Source: Myxococcales bacterium
Lineage (GTDB): Bacteria > Myxococcota_A > Bradymonadia > Bradymonadales > Bradymonadaceae
Length of the DNA stretch: 40,283 nt
Reading direction: 5' to 3'
NCBI GenBank assembly: GCA_007119595.1
Contig: SKPJ01000178.1
Location: forward strand, 1 to 40,283
The first letter of the stretch is position 1. Every line of letters starts with the position of its first letter. Shown here one piece after another: positions 27,547-36,759 of the stretch. A model generated the notes under the pieces. That model had not been told where the DNA came from. It ran no database searches and saw nothing but the letters and a program-made list of their open reading frames with translations. Position numbers and translations under genes: made by a program.

Positions 27547-27674
27547 CGTCGATCATCCTTCTTCGTTGATGGCCTGGCAAAGTTGCGAAACCATGAATGG
27601 ATCAAGCCGCTCCAAACGCTCGCCGAGCCGGTAGATTCGACGACTGCTCACCAGCGCCTGAAAACAGTTCCGAA

Positions 27675-27703
27675 AGTATAGAGATCGGCTCATGACGCGT
27701 CAA
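27675..27703 (-). promoter_or_regulatory. Candidate sigma70-type promoter for the 25510-27546 gene.
   Basis: On the minus strand, TTGACG (27703-27698), a 17-nt spacer and TATACT (27680-27675) lie about 130 nt upstream of the ATG. The -35 box sits within a 10-bp palindrome, TGACGCGTCA (27694-27703). Confidence 0.45.
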
Positions 27704-27824
27704 TTACGAACCGAAACCCCCGCCAACAAGCGCTCAAATGCAGTGAGCTTGTCCGATTGAAGCCTGCTCAGAACAGGGGGTCTCGTTGGTGCATTTTCTC
27801 AACGGTGCAACACAGAAAAGTGCA

Positions 27825-29873
27825 TTAGTTGCCTGGAAAGCCGGCATCCTCCAAAAGCTCGTCGATGATCTGTAACTCATTGATATCGGGAGTGTTGGGA
27901 GGACTGACACCGATGTCGGCGACATACCAAAAATCACCGGTGGTCGCCTCCGGTCCCGCTCCACCTCCGGCGGTATGGAGGCGTTGTTGTTTTTCCAGGA
28001 TCAGCGCGTCGTGGAAGAAGATCCGTACCCGGGCGTCCGTTGCACCATATCCCGGTTGGTCACTGAAATAGTAGACCCCCACGGAGTAGTCGTAGTTGGC
28101 ATCCGGTCGGTCGTGGTTGATATTTTCCGGCTCTTGGCCGGTGCGATCGTCGATATCGAGACTGATCTCGCTGCCGTCGTTCCACTCGGTGGTGGGGTTG
28201 GGGTTGGCCCAGTAAACGCCCCACGGTTCCTCACTCCAGTTGCCGTTGGGGTGCAAGTAGTGCAGATCAAGATCGACGCCCGTGCCGTCTTGGGCGGCCG
28301 GGACCTCCCACGTCAATTCGACGTGGATCGCCGCCTGAGGCTCAATTTCAATGATGATCTGAGCCGGATCGCAGGTCGCGAGTCCCGCTCCATCGTAGAC
28401 CACCAATTCCACCACGTAGCGACCGGCGATGTCAGCGGTCAACGAGGGCTGGGCGGACTCCGGATTTTGCAGTTGGGCCGTAGAATTCAATGGTTGATCG
28501 GTAAGCGACCACTCGTAGACGACTTCGACGTCGGGCTCGTCGGGGTCATAGGATTGCCGGCCGTCGAATTCGATCTCGTCGAGGGGAACGCCGAAGACTG
28601 AATGTTCATCCCACATTCCGGTTTCTGCAATTCTCGCTTCCGCCTTGGCGATCGGGCACTCCAGATCGACGCCGTTACCGACGATGTCCACCAGCAGGGG
28701 AGAGGCGTCGTCGGTGCTGCTGACGCTCAGCACCGCCTCGTCATCCACCGCATCCAACGGGGTATAGGTCATCAAAAAACTCATATTCCCGTCCGGTTCC
28801 AGAGGTTCGACGCCGCCGTCGGCGAACTCCGGAGGCAATGTGTCTTCGTTGATCGCAAAACGAACGTCTTCGTCTTCTTCAAACTCTCCTTCCTCGTCGA
28901 GATAGCCGATGGCCATATCGGTGATCACCGTCTCCGAAAGACCGCTGCAGTTTTGGAGGGTCACCGTTTGTTGACTCGTATTATTGATGGAGGCTCGCCC
29001 GAAGTCGATATAGTCACCGACGTACTCCAGACAGGCGGCATCACTATTGGCGCTGACAGCGACGCGATGCTGCGGCACATTGGTCTCGATGATGAGTTCG
29101 GTCCATTTGAAATCGTCGTCCGGTGCTTCGAAGTGGACGCGAACCCACATCGATTCGTCGGCAGCCACGACCTCCTGGTGAGTGTCCGTGTCATACGATT
29201 CGGGAGCGACCACCGAGCCGTCGCTTACCTCGGAGGCGTCTGCCTCCGAGATATCTGCGGGAAAGGAAATATCGAAGTGGTTTTCGTCTCCACCGGACAG
29301 GAAGATATCTTCGATCTCCAGGTCCGAGTAGCCGATATTCTGGATCTCCGTCAGGCGCCACTCCTGACTGCCCACCGGTGTGCGATCGAATACCACCGTT
29401 TCCTCCGCGAGAAGCTCCGGAGCCGGCGTCGGTGCCGAGACTTCAATATCGACCTCGGTCATCTCCGAGATATTGGTCCGAAAGCTCAACAGGGCATCGT
29501 GTTCTTCGGCGGCCACCGGAGCATACTCAATTTCCAGGGTATAAAACTCGTCGGGATCCAGGCTCAACCGGTCATCCCAGGGATTGAGTAATTCGAAAAC
29601 TTCATGGGTGCCCGGTCGAGAGCTGTCCTCTCCAAGGGACAGTTCCGACAGCGTGATATCACTTTCTCCGGTATTGGTCAGGGTGATCGTATCGATGGCC
29701 GAACTGCCGACGTTGACATCCGAGAACGTCACCGCCGCCGGATGGATCTCGAGTTCGCCGGGGTCGTCGCCGCCGATTCCCTCCTCGCCGCAGCCACTCA
29801 GCGCAAAGCAGAGAACAAAAATCGGTGTGATTCGACGTAGTAGGTGCGCGGAGTATTTTCCAGATGCATTCAT
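27825..29873 (-). CDS. Lipoprotein and diverged paralog of 25510-27546: Ig-like x3, PKD-like, YfaP/DUF2135-like C-terminus.
   Basis: I trimmed the 30092 ORF to the ATG at 29873 (MNASGKYSAHLLRRITPIFVLCFALSGC, with a lipobox), giving 682 aa against 678 aa for the paralog. The domain order is the same. The C-terminus reads IHVELTWE...VDLDLHYLHP...DIDDRTGQEPENINHDRP...YSVGVYYFSD...ARVRIFFHD. Confidence 0.8.
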   Translation of the reverse strand: MNASGKYSAHLLRRITPIFVLCFALSGCGEEGIGGDDPGELEIHPAAVTFSDVNVGSSAIDTITLTNTGESDITLSELSLGEDSSRPGTHEVFELLNPWDDRLSLDPDEFYTLEIEYAPVAAEEHDALLSFRTNISEMTEVDIEVSAPTPAPELLAEETVVFDRTPVGSQEWRLTEIQNIGYSDLEIEDIFLSGGDENHFDISFPADISEADASEVSDGSVVAPESYDTDTHQEVVAADESMWVRVHFEAPDDDFKWTELIIETNVPQHRVAVSANSDAACLEYVGDYIDFGRASINNTSQQTVTLQNCSGLSETVITDMAIGYLDEEGEFEEDEDVRFAINEDTLPPEFADGGVEPLEPDGNMSFLMTYTPLDAVDDEAVLSVSSTDDASPLLVDIVGNGVDLECPIAKAEARIAETGMWDEHSVFGVPLDEIEFDGRQSYDPDEPDVEVVYEWSLTDQPLNSTAQLQNPESAQPSLTADIAGRYVVELVVYDGAGLATCDPAQIIIEIEPQAAIHVELTWEVPAAQDGTGVDLDLHYLHPNGNWSEEPWGVYWANPNPTTEWNDGSEISLDIDDRTGQEPENINHDRPDANYDYSVGVYYFSDQPGYGATDARVRIFFHDALILEKQQRLHTAGGGAGPEATTGDFWYVADIGVSPPNTPDINELQIIDELLEDAGFPGN

Positions 29874-30422
29874 ATCGAAACCGTCGGTATTCTTGATTGT
29901 CAGCCGCCGTTCAAGACAGCGGACCGCATTCACGGATTGAGTCGATTCGATCCTACACGGAATCGACTGCGGTGGACGGGCCCAAACACGGTGCCCAGAT
30001 TGCGGGAGACTAGCGCAAGGCGCAAGGGTCGTCAAAGGCTCCGGCGGCCCGGGTTGATTCCGGTGCTCAATGGAGCAGTACGATCGGCCCATACGGAGTT
30101 TTGATGACGCTTTGGGGGCCTCCCGGGTTTGTTCGACGGCTGCATGACGCTAGTGGTGTTCGGCGGAAGTCCTGAGCCTTATTCGGCGAGGACCCGGTGA
30201 CGAGGTCGAAGCCGTCGAAGTGAGGCGATGGATGTGTATCGTCAAACACAGACGGCAAAGAGATCGTCGTTCAGGACCGGCGAAGAATGGTTTAAGACTT
30301 CTGTCGGGCATCACTAGGTTGAATAAATTGTGACGCCATGGCGTCGAATCCAGTGTCGAACAGTCACCAAGTCACCAAGTGTGACACAGGCGCACAAACC
30401 TGAACTGCTGGGAGAGAGGAAG

Positions 30423-31799
30423 ATGAGAGAGCCGACGAGATGGAGGGTAGGGAGCACGGGGGTATTGCTGGGATGGTGCGCCATACTCCTGGTGGCGGCG
30501 GGATGTCTGGTCGTCGATGGCAACGGTGACAACGAAAACGGACACCACGGCGATCATGACGGGGGGGAGTGTTATACGGACTGCTACGAATACGAGACCT
30601 GCAATACCTATTGCGATTCCCACGGTTGCTACGAAGACACCGATAGTTGCGTACGGCGAGAAACCTGCGCCATCACCTGTGATATCAATGCCTCGGACCC
30701 CGATTCTGCAGATGCGTTCGGTGAGCCCGAGGTCTGTTATAGCGACTACGACTGTAGCCAGGGGCGGATCTGTACCAATGGGAAATGCACTGCGGCAGAC
30801 ACGGATCAACGAGGAAGCGCCGGATTGTGTCAGAGCTGTGAGAGTGACCGGGATTGCATCGATGAGGGAGCGCTTTGTCTGGGCATCTTTGATGACGACT
30901 CCGACAGGCCGGCCGAGACCATCTGCGGGCGTGCTTGCGACAACGATCAGGATTGTCCGAGCGATTTTTCCTGTATGGAGATCTCCGATGCTCCCGGTGA
31001 ATCCGATCAGTGTGTCCCCATGATCGATGCCGACAATGAGCACCTGTGCGCAGCAAGTGATGATCTCGAATGTGTATCCGCCGGTGAGTGTGCACTCGGT
31101 GAAAGCTGCATCGACAACCGTTGTCAGCCTCCGCCGGGCGCGCAGTGTACGGGGGACTCCGATTGTGGAGACGACGAGGTGTGCCATGTCTTCGAATGCA
31201 TCGCCGCCGACGACGCGCCATGCCTTGCGGGATCCGATTGTGGAGACGACGAATTGTGTATCGACGGGGAGTGCTGTGCCGCCGGCGAGTGCAGCAGTGA
31301 ACCCCAGAGCTGTGTGTTCAACGCCGATTGTCCCTCCGATCAGCGCTGTGTCGATGGCGCCTGCACCGCCACCTGCGATGACCACACCGATTGCGGCAAT
31401 AGCGAGCGCTGCCGTCAGGGTATCTGCGAGTTTATCGAGTGCAATCTTACCTCCGACTGCTCCGCCGGTGAGATCTGTGTGGAGGCTTCATGTGAGCAGG
31501 CCTGTGACCGCGATGATAACTGCGCCCATGGCTTTATATGCTCCGAATTTGGATTCTGTACCGTCGACCCCGATGTTGAATGCCGTTCGTCGGCCGAATG
31601 TGCTTCCGACGAATTATGCAATGAACAGGGCGTCTGTGAGACCCCCTGTGATTGCAATCAGCAATGCGGCGAAGGCGATGTCTGTGATGAGGAAATAGGC
31701 CTGTGCGAGACACCGGACGCAGGGGCCGACGAAGTTCAGTGTGATGACGACTGTGATTGTCCCAGCGGGGAGACCTGTGAAGACGGTCAATGTGTCTAA
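30423..31799 (+). CDS. Lipoprotein composed almost entirely of short DxDC-type cysteine-rich repeats.
   Basis: I trimmed the 30330 ORF to the ATG at 30423, which has a GAGAGAGGAAG RBS. MREPTRWRVGSTGVLLGWCAILLVAAGC contains a lipobox. At least 12 repeats fit C-x3-[DS]-x-[DE]-C-x4-5-C-x2-G-x-C, for example GDSDCGDDEVCHVFEC, NADCPSDQRCVDGAC and HTDCGNSERCRQGIC. Confidence 0.8.
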   Translation: MREPTRWRVGSTGVLLGWCAILLVAAGCLVVDGNGDNENGHHGDHDGGECYTDCYEYETCNTYCDSHGCYEDTDSCVRRETCAITCDINASDPDSADAFGEPEVCYSDYDCSQGRICTNGKCTAADTDQRGSAGLCQSCESDRDCIDEGALCLGIFDDDSDRPAETICGRACDNDQDCPSDFSCMEISDAPGESDQCVPMIDADNEHLCAASDDLECVSAGECALGESCIDNRCQPPPGAQCTGDSDCGDDEVCHVFECIAADDAPCLAGSDCGDDELCIDGECCAAGECSSEPQSCVFNADCPSDQRCVDGACTATCDDHTDCGNSERCRQGICEFIECNLTSDCSAGEICVEASCEQACDRDDNCAHGFICSEFGFCTVDPDVECRSSAECASDELCNEQGVCETPCDCNQQCGEGDVCDEEIGLCETPDAGADEVQCDDDCDCPSGETCEDGQCV

Positions 31800-31862
31800 A
31801 GCACTGACACCGGAAGGGGTCGATCGTTACCACGAACGCTCGATCTCGATCCGAAGCACATT

Positions 31863-31901
31863 CCCCCGCTGTGCCGTTGGTGCAGCGGGGGTTGTTCGTG
31901 T
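31863..31901 (+). terminator. Probable intrinsic terminator after the cysteine-repeat lipoprotein gene.
   Basis: A 9-bp GC-rich stem (cccccgctg at 31863-31871 pairing with cagcggggg at 31883-31891) has an 11-nt loop, followed by ttgttcgtgtg. It lies 64 nt past the stop codon, in a convergent gap. Confidence 0.5.
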
Positions 31902-31911
31902 GTCGATGCGC

Positions 31912-32535
31912 TCAGGAAGTCGGGGCCGGATCGTCGCCGGGCTCAGCTCTTCGAAATTCGAAGCGCTCGCTCTGTGTGCACTCCATCTGAGCGTGGTATT
32001 GGGCCGCCAGATCCGTGTTGCACGCTTCGTCGCCCTCGATGGGAAGATCGAGGTCGTAATGACTGCGGACCAATTCCAGAGTGGAATCGTCGGGAAGAAG
32101 TAGAGTACGAACCGTCGAAAGGCGGCATTGGGTTTGAAGTGGATCCGTCTGGGTCAGGCTCGCCGTATGGTGGACTGCTTCTGCTCGCAGATGCTCTGAG
32201 TTCCAGGGAAGCTCGTTTTCCGGGGCCACCACCCCGGCGCAGGCATCGGCGCTTACGCATGGCAGCAGATCCAGCCTTGGCGGTCCCCCGTCGTCGACTT
32301 CGATGACCGCCGAGATTTTCAGATGTGCAAAAGGAGGGCTTCCACCGGTCGGTTCACAACCGGTGTCGTCGGCGGCGTAGGATTCGACGACCCAATCTCC
32401 GGCGAATTCGTCGGGAGTCGGCGGAGCAGACGTCGCCGAGCCCGTTACATCACATCCATCGCAGCCAGCGAGGAGGATGGTCACTCCGGCGGTGACGATT
32501 AGAAGCATTGTATTTTTCGAGACGGTCAATCTCAT
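31912..32535 (-). CDS. Small lipoprotein of unknown function, translationally coupled to the upstream ceramidase-like gene.
   Basis: The ORF is 207 aa. The signal peptide ends in the lipobox LLAGC, with Asp at +2. Its ATG (32535-32533) overlaps the upstream gene's stop (32534-32532) as ATGA. I recognise no family motif. Confidence 0.7.
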   Translation of the reverse strand: MRLTVSKNTMLLIVTAGVTILLAGCDGCDVTGSATSAPPTPDEFAGDWVVESYAADDTGCEPTGGSPPFAHLKISAVIEVDDGGPPRLDLLPCVSADACAGVVAPENELPWNSEHLRAEAVHHTASLTQTDPLQTQCRLSTVRTLLLPDDSTLELVRSHYDLDLPIEGDEACNTDLAAQYHAQMECTQSERFEFRRAEPGDDPAPTS

Positions 32536-35408
32536 GGATGGAACTCCAGTGTCGCCGACGTAGAAGCCTGATTTCCGAGGGTGTCGCCGGCTTCAATCTC
32601 GACTCCCAACTGCTGGCCCGGCTGAAGCTGGCCATTGAGATCGATCTGAACCCGTGTGACTGGTGTGCCGTTTTCGGGCCCGGTGGTCGCACTAAAGTCC
32701 TGGACACCGATCTGTGATCCCGGCGGCTGATCGGTGATGGTGACGTCCACCGAATCGATCTGGTCGGCGTCGACGAAGATGGGCTGGCCCGTTGCGACAT
32801 CGCGATGATGCATCCGATACGAGCCGGTTACCGCTCCTCGATCTCCAGATACCTCCTCGACCCTCAATTCCTCAGCGGCCGGATAATCCAGACGAAATGC
32901 GATCGTATTTTCATCGGCCACCGCCAGCTCACCGATCATCAGCTCTGTCGATGGCACCAACTCAAAGGATTCGGTGACGGCCTCGTACGGGACGCGCTCG
33001 TCGATGTCGGCGTCGAGGTGGTGGCCATCAATGCGGAAGCGATAACTTCCGGTGGGGAAATCCACCAATTCCTCCCAGTAGATGACCCACTCGTATTGAT
33101 CGTCACCATCGCCTTCTCGAAGGCGGGTGAGCATGACGAACTCGCGGTTGTCATAGGGCAGATAGTTGTCCAGTTGGACCGTTTGAAACTCACCTTCCTC
33201 GAGCCTCTGGAGGGTGGCACGGGGAGCCTGGGGCATCTCGGCGCCGGGGTCTCCGCCGAGCCAGGCGAACTCCACGAATTGGCGTCGCTCCACCACCGCT
33301 GGAGGCTGTTCCACGATGGTGCCCACCTCAGCGGAGTCGGTTGCATCCACCGCAAAGGGCTCGTGACCGCGAGAGGAGAACTGATCGGGATAGGGTGCGG
33401 GATGGGCGGGGGCGTCGATTTCTCCCTTCATCAAACCCACGGCCTCCACGGCGCGATCGACCAGAAAGTCGCCGAGATTGTGGCCCCAGGGGCTCATCTG
33501 GGTTTCATATCCGCCCTGAAGATAGGAGAAGGCGTAATTCGGATATTCGTCGGGAGCCTTAGGGGTGGAGATCCCCGGAAAGGGAGGCAACTCCCCGCGT
33601 AGATTGGTGGGAAGAAGATAGAGTAGATGGTCCTGCGCGTAACCCCAGGTAAAGGAGTTGAAGGGATCGATATCAAAGCTGTCGCGCAACTCGCGCTGGA
33701 CCTGCCATCCCAGAGGCATCGTTAATTCTCCCGGCATGGTGACCAGCGTCAGATCGTTGAGTTCAAAGGCGCTGATCTGGCTCTTCGCCAAGATGGTCGC
33801 CGGGCGATGGGCGAGCATGTGATGGAGGCCGATGGCACATCCGTAGTCATTCGGGTCGGAGTGATCAGCGAAATCCTCGCTCGTCTCCGATCCACACATC
33901 AGCGCGCCGAATGGGTAGTCGTCGAATTCGCGTTCCCCATAATCGAGGTGCTCATGGACGATGGAAAAGCGGTGGGTGTGGCCGGAGAACGACCACTGCT
34001 CGGTGGTCTCCATGGACGTGATGGCATCGAAGGTGCGGTCAACCAGGTGGACCCCCAGGTTTTCAAAACGCTGGGTATGGCGGTGGCCATTGCTACGACC
34101 GCGGGGCGACATAGATCCACCGTTTTGGTTGAAATAATACACCGGCACGTGGCGCGCGTAGCGGTCGCCCAGGGTGTATTCCAGTTGTTTTTCGATTCCC
34201 ACCATGACGTCGTTGTTGGCGTAGGAGCCGCTGTGGACGGTGCCGTGGGTACCGAAACTGACCAGGACGCCCCGTGGATTGTCGTCGGGATCGTCGATTC
34301 GCATCAAGAGCACGCGGTTGTCGTCAAAGGGCGGGGTTTCACCTCGGCGATCGCTGGAGATGACGTCGTCGACATCGAAGGATTCGACGACCTCCCAGCC
34401 CATCTTGGCAGGCGCCAGATCATCGAGGGCTTCCATGGCGGCTTCCGTCAATGACTCGACGAGCCATCGATAGGACTCCTCGTGATACTCGTCGATTCCG
34501 AACAGCCCCATTCCGTCGCCGAGGATGTCGTTGGGATCCGGCAGTTGCCAAAAGCGGGCCGGTCCGGAGTGGGTATGAGAGCCGGAGATGACGAGACTGG
34601 AGCGCCAGTCGTGCCCAGTTTCTTGCTGGAGGTTGCGGGAGACCGCTTCGTGGACCGCCATCGACGGAAAGATGATCGGTGCCCGCAAAAATAACAGTTG
34701 CCGCTGCCCATCGTCGAGGGCTACGCCGCCGGCGTGGAGTCCGTGCATCTTACCGTGACTCGCCGCCAGGGCGTCGACGTAGCGACCGTCATTGATGGCC
34801 GCCCGAGAGCCGTAACCTCCGAGGGACAGGCCGATCGGAAAATGCATCAACACATTGCTAAATCCCGCCTGTAGTGGCGCCGATTGATCGCCGCCGGGGT
34901 GTTCACCCGTCAAATCGCCGGTGAACTCGCGGCATTTTCCGTCGTCGGTGCACACATGGCCGTCGGCGCATTCCTGGTCTGTGAGGCAGGAAATCCGACA
35001 ATGTGACCCGCCGCAATGGGCCCGGCGTGCCAGATCGTCGTCGATATCTTCGAAGGCCGACACGCAGGGTAGCCAGGATGTGACGGACGAACACTCCGGT
35101 GCCTCGTGGCACTCCTGTTCGTGACAGTACTCGTCGTCAGCGCAATCGCCTTGAATTTGGCATCCCTCATCGGGGGTGACGTCCGGGGAGGCGTCTTCTT
35201 GGTGTTGGTTTGCGTCGGGTTCGCCGTCGGCATCGTCGGGGTCTGCCACATCGGATATTTCATCGACATCCCCCTCTTCTTCGATATCATTGCCCACATC
35301 TTCGACCCCGGCGTCTGGATCGACGGTCTCGTCATCATCCGACGAGCAGGCAACGGCGGTGGTCAGACACAGAGTCATGGCGGCGAGTAGGGAGGTGAAT
35401 CGAGTCAT
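32532..35408 (-). CDS. Lipoprotein: acidic linker, DxDC-type cysteine module, neutral/alkaline ceramidase-like catalytic region and a beta-rich C-terminal extension.
   Basis: I trimmed the 35603 ORF to the ATG at 35408 (MTRFTSLLAAMTLCLTTAVAC, with a lipobox), giving 958 aa. The cysteine module spans aa 83-159 (QGDCADDEYCHEQEC, TDQECADGHVCTDDGKC). GGYGSRAA...MHGLHAGGVALDDGQRQLLFLRAPIIF...SLVISGSHTHSGPARFW resembles the N-terminal motif block of neutral ceramidases (MGY...RA.v....THTHSGP). Confidence 0.6.
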   Translation of the reverse strand: MTRFTSLLAAMTLCLTTAVACSSDDDETVDPDAGVEDVGNDIEEEGDVDEISDVADPDDADGEPDANQHQEDASPDVTPDEGCQIQGDCADDEYCHEQECHEAPECSSVTSWLPCVSAFEDIDDDLARRAHCGGSHCRISCLTDQECADGHVCTDDGKCREFTGDLTGEHPGGDQSAPLQAGFSNVLMHFPIGLSLGGYGSRAAINDGRYVDALAASHGKMHGLHAGGVALDDGQRQLLFLRAPIIFPSMAVHEAVSRNLQQETGHDWRSSLVISGSHTHSGPARFWQLPDPNDILGDGMGLFGIDEYHEESYRWLVESLTEAAMEALDDLAPAKMGWEVVESFDVDDVISSDRRGETPPFDDNRVLLMRIDDPDDNPRGVLVSFGTHGTVHSGSYANNDVMVGIEKQLEYTLGDRYARHVPVYYFNQNGGSMSPRGRSNGHRHTQRFENLGVHLVDRTFDAITSMETTEQWSFSGHTHRFSIVHEHLDYGEREFDDYPFGALMCGSETSEDFADHSDPNDYGCAIGLHHMLAHRPATILAKSQISAFELNDLTLVTMPGELTMPLGWQVQRELRDSFDIDPFNSFTWGYAQDHLLYLLPTNLRGELPPFPGISTPKAPDEYPNYAFSYLQGGYETQMSPWGHNLGDFLVDRAVEAVGLMKGEIDAPAHPAPYPDQFSSRGHEPFAVDATDSAEVGTIVEQPPAVVERRQFVEFAWLGGDPGAEMPQAPRATLQRLEEGEFQTVQLDNYLPYDNREFVMLTRLREGDGDDQYEWVIYWEELVDFPTGSYRFRIDGHHLDADIDERVPYEAVTESFELVPSTELMIGELAVADENTIAFRLDYPAAEELRVEEVSGDRGAVTGSYRMHHRDVATGQPIFVDADQIDSVDVTITDQPPGSQIGVQDFSATTGPENGTPVTRVQIDLNGQLQPGQQLGVEIEAGDTLGNQASTSATLEFHP

Positions 35409-35570
35409 CACGAAACGGCTCCAAAATAGGAGTCCAGCGGAGGGGATTCTGCTCGATGCCACTAGAGGGTAGCGCCTCGATCCACCGAGAACAACAGATG
35501 GTCCACCCGCCCAGGCAATAAATGGCCCGGAATAACACCCGGAATAACCCGTTTCTCTCGATGATTTTCG

Positions 35571-35599
35571 TTGACAGAGTTTCAGGTTGTACCTATACA
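35571..35599 (+). promoter_or_regulatory. Candidate sigma70-type promoter for tRNA-Leu.
   Basis: TTGACA (35571-35576), a 17-nt spacer and TATACA (35594-35599) lie about 48 nt upstream of the mature tRNA 5' end. The leader contains a GC-rich hairpin (gcggcggctg...cagccgcc). Confidence 0.45.
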
Positions 35600-35646
35600 C
35601 CACAGTCCTCGCGGCGGCTGGGATACAGCCGCCCGCGCACGCCTTA

Positions 35647-35706
<60 letters not shown>

Positions 35707-35733
<27 letters not shown>

Positions 35734-36618
35734 TTCTTATTATCCGACGTCCAGTCCGATTCATTCGGCGTCGCCAGTACGCCCGCCCAGCTCACGGTGA
35801 CTGAGCAGCCATCTTTGGCCGGCAAGGAGCTGGCCATCGGCCCGCCACTCGTCGTCGAAGTCCAGGACGTCATGGGCACCCGCGTCGCCGGCGATAACGA
35901 GACCGTCGTCAACCCACAGCTTCAGGGCATAGGCTCGTTGTCAGGCGGCGACGCCGAGGGCGTTCAGGCCGAAGAGGGACGAGTCACCTTCGAAGATCTC
36001 CGCGTCGATACTCCACAACTCGACGCCACCCTCCAGTTTGTCGCCGACGACCTGAGCGAGGATACCACCGAGCCCTTTGATGTGGTCGGTGATGGCGTGG
36101 CATTGGAGCTCGTCTCCGAAACGGTGCCGCTCAATCAACATCAGGAGTCGACGGTCAATATGATCGTCGACGCCGACGCGCCGATGGTCCTCATGATCGT
36201 CGACGCCAACGAATTGCCCGTCTTCTTCGATGACACCACGGAAGTCAGCGCCTCGCTCAAGCCGGAAAGCGGAGACCCCGACGCTACGCTTTCCGGTACG
36301 CTGACGGTGACCGCCGAAGAAGGGGTGGTGGCCTTTGACGACCTATCCATCGATCTGCCCGGCGACGACTACGTCCTCGAATTTAGCGCTCCAGGGTTGA
36401 TCGGCGTACAGACGCAGCCCTTTGCCATCTACGGTGACCAGCCGGTTGACGACGACTTGTCCGAGGAGGAGCAATACGGTGAGGAGTCGGGCACCGCAGA
36501 GGGTTGTTCATCGAGTTGCATGAGCATGCGCACTCCGGGGGACATGACCTGGCTTTTCATCGCGCTTGCCCTACTGGCGATTGTCGCCGCTGGTCGAAGG
36601 CGTTCAGCGAACGCTTGA
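35707..36618 (+). CDS. Ig-like-repeat surface protein with a MYXO-CTERM-like C-terminal sorting signal. The 5' end is doubtful and the gene may be truncated or a pseudogene.
   Basis: The ORF is 303 aa. The C-terminus, EGCSSSCMSM...WLFIALALLAIVAAGRRRSANA, gives a Cys motif, a TM helix and an Arg cluster. The body has repeated units of the form ..V.D..G..V.....V...L.......L.G......EG...F.DL.ID. An in-frame TAA at 35680-35682 blocks upstream extension. The first start (GTG 35707) lies inside the tRNA gene, and I see no N-terminal signal peptide. Confidence 0.5.
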
Positions 36619-36759
36619 AGCCCTCGGTCATTGCGCATTCGAAAAAACTCCTGCCGGGCCCGTCGGACGACCGCACACCACACCGGCCAGGATTGCACAA
36701 ACCACACCTGGTGGGGCTTGCGAAAGGTCCTACCGCCCACCGGGGCGAGATCGGACCGA

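Noticed and set aside
25534-29591. Long plus-strand ORFs (25534-26736, 400 aa; 27975-28601; 28602-29591, 329 aa) opposite the two Ig-PKD-YfaP-like lipoprotein genes.
   Set aside because: They are antisense shadows. They have no signal peptide, motif or paralogy pattern, whereas the minus-strand products are mutually paralogous over their full length.
35409-35603. N-terminal extensions in the ORF track: 35603 for the ceramidase-like gene, 30092 and 30330 for the island lipoproteins, and 24906, 25463, 23638, 18617 and 18838 for kce, kal-like, HU-like, thiS and thiG.
   Set aside because: In each case an internal ATG preceded by a purine-rich RBS yields either a canonical family N-terminus or a proper signal peptide plus lipobox. 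The upstream extension has no such features, so the shorter coordinates were used.
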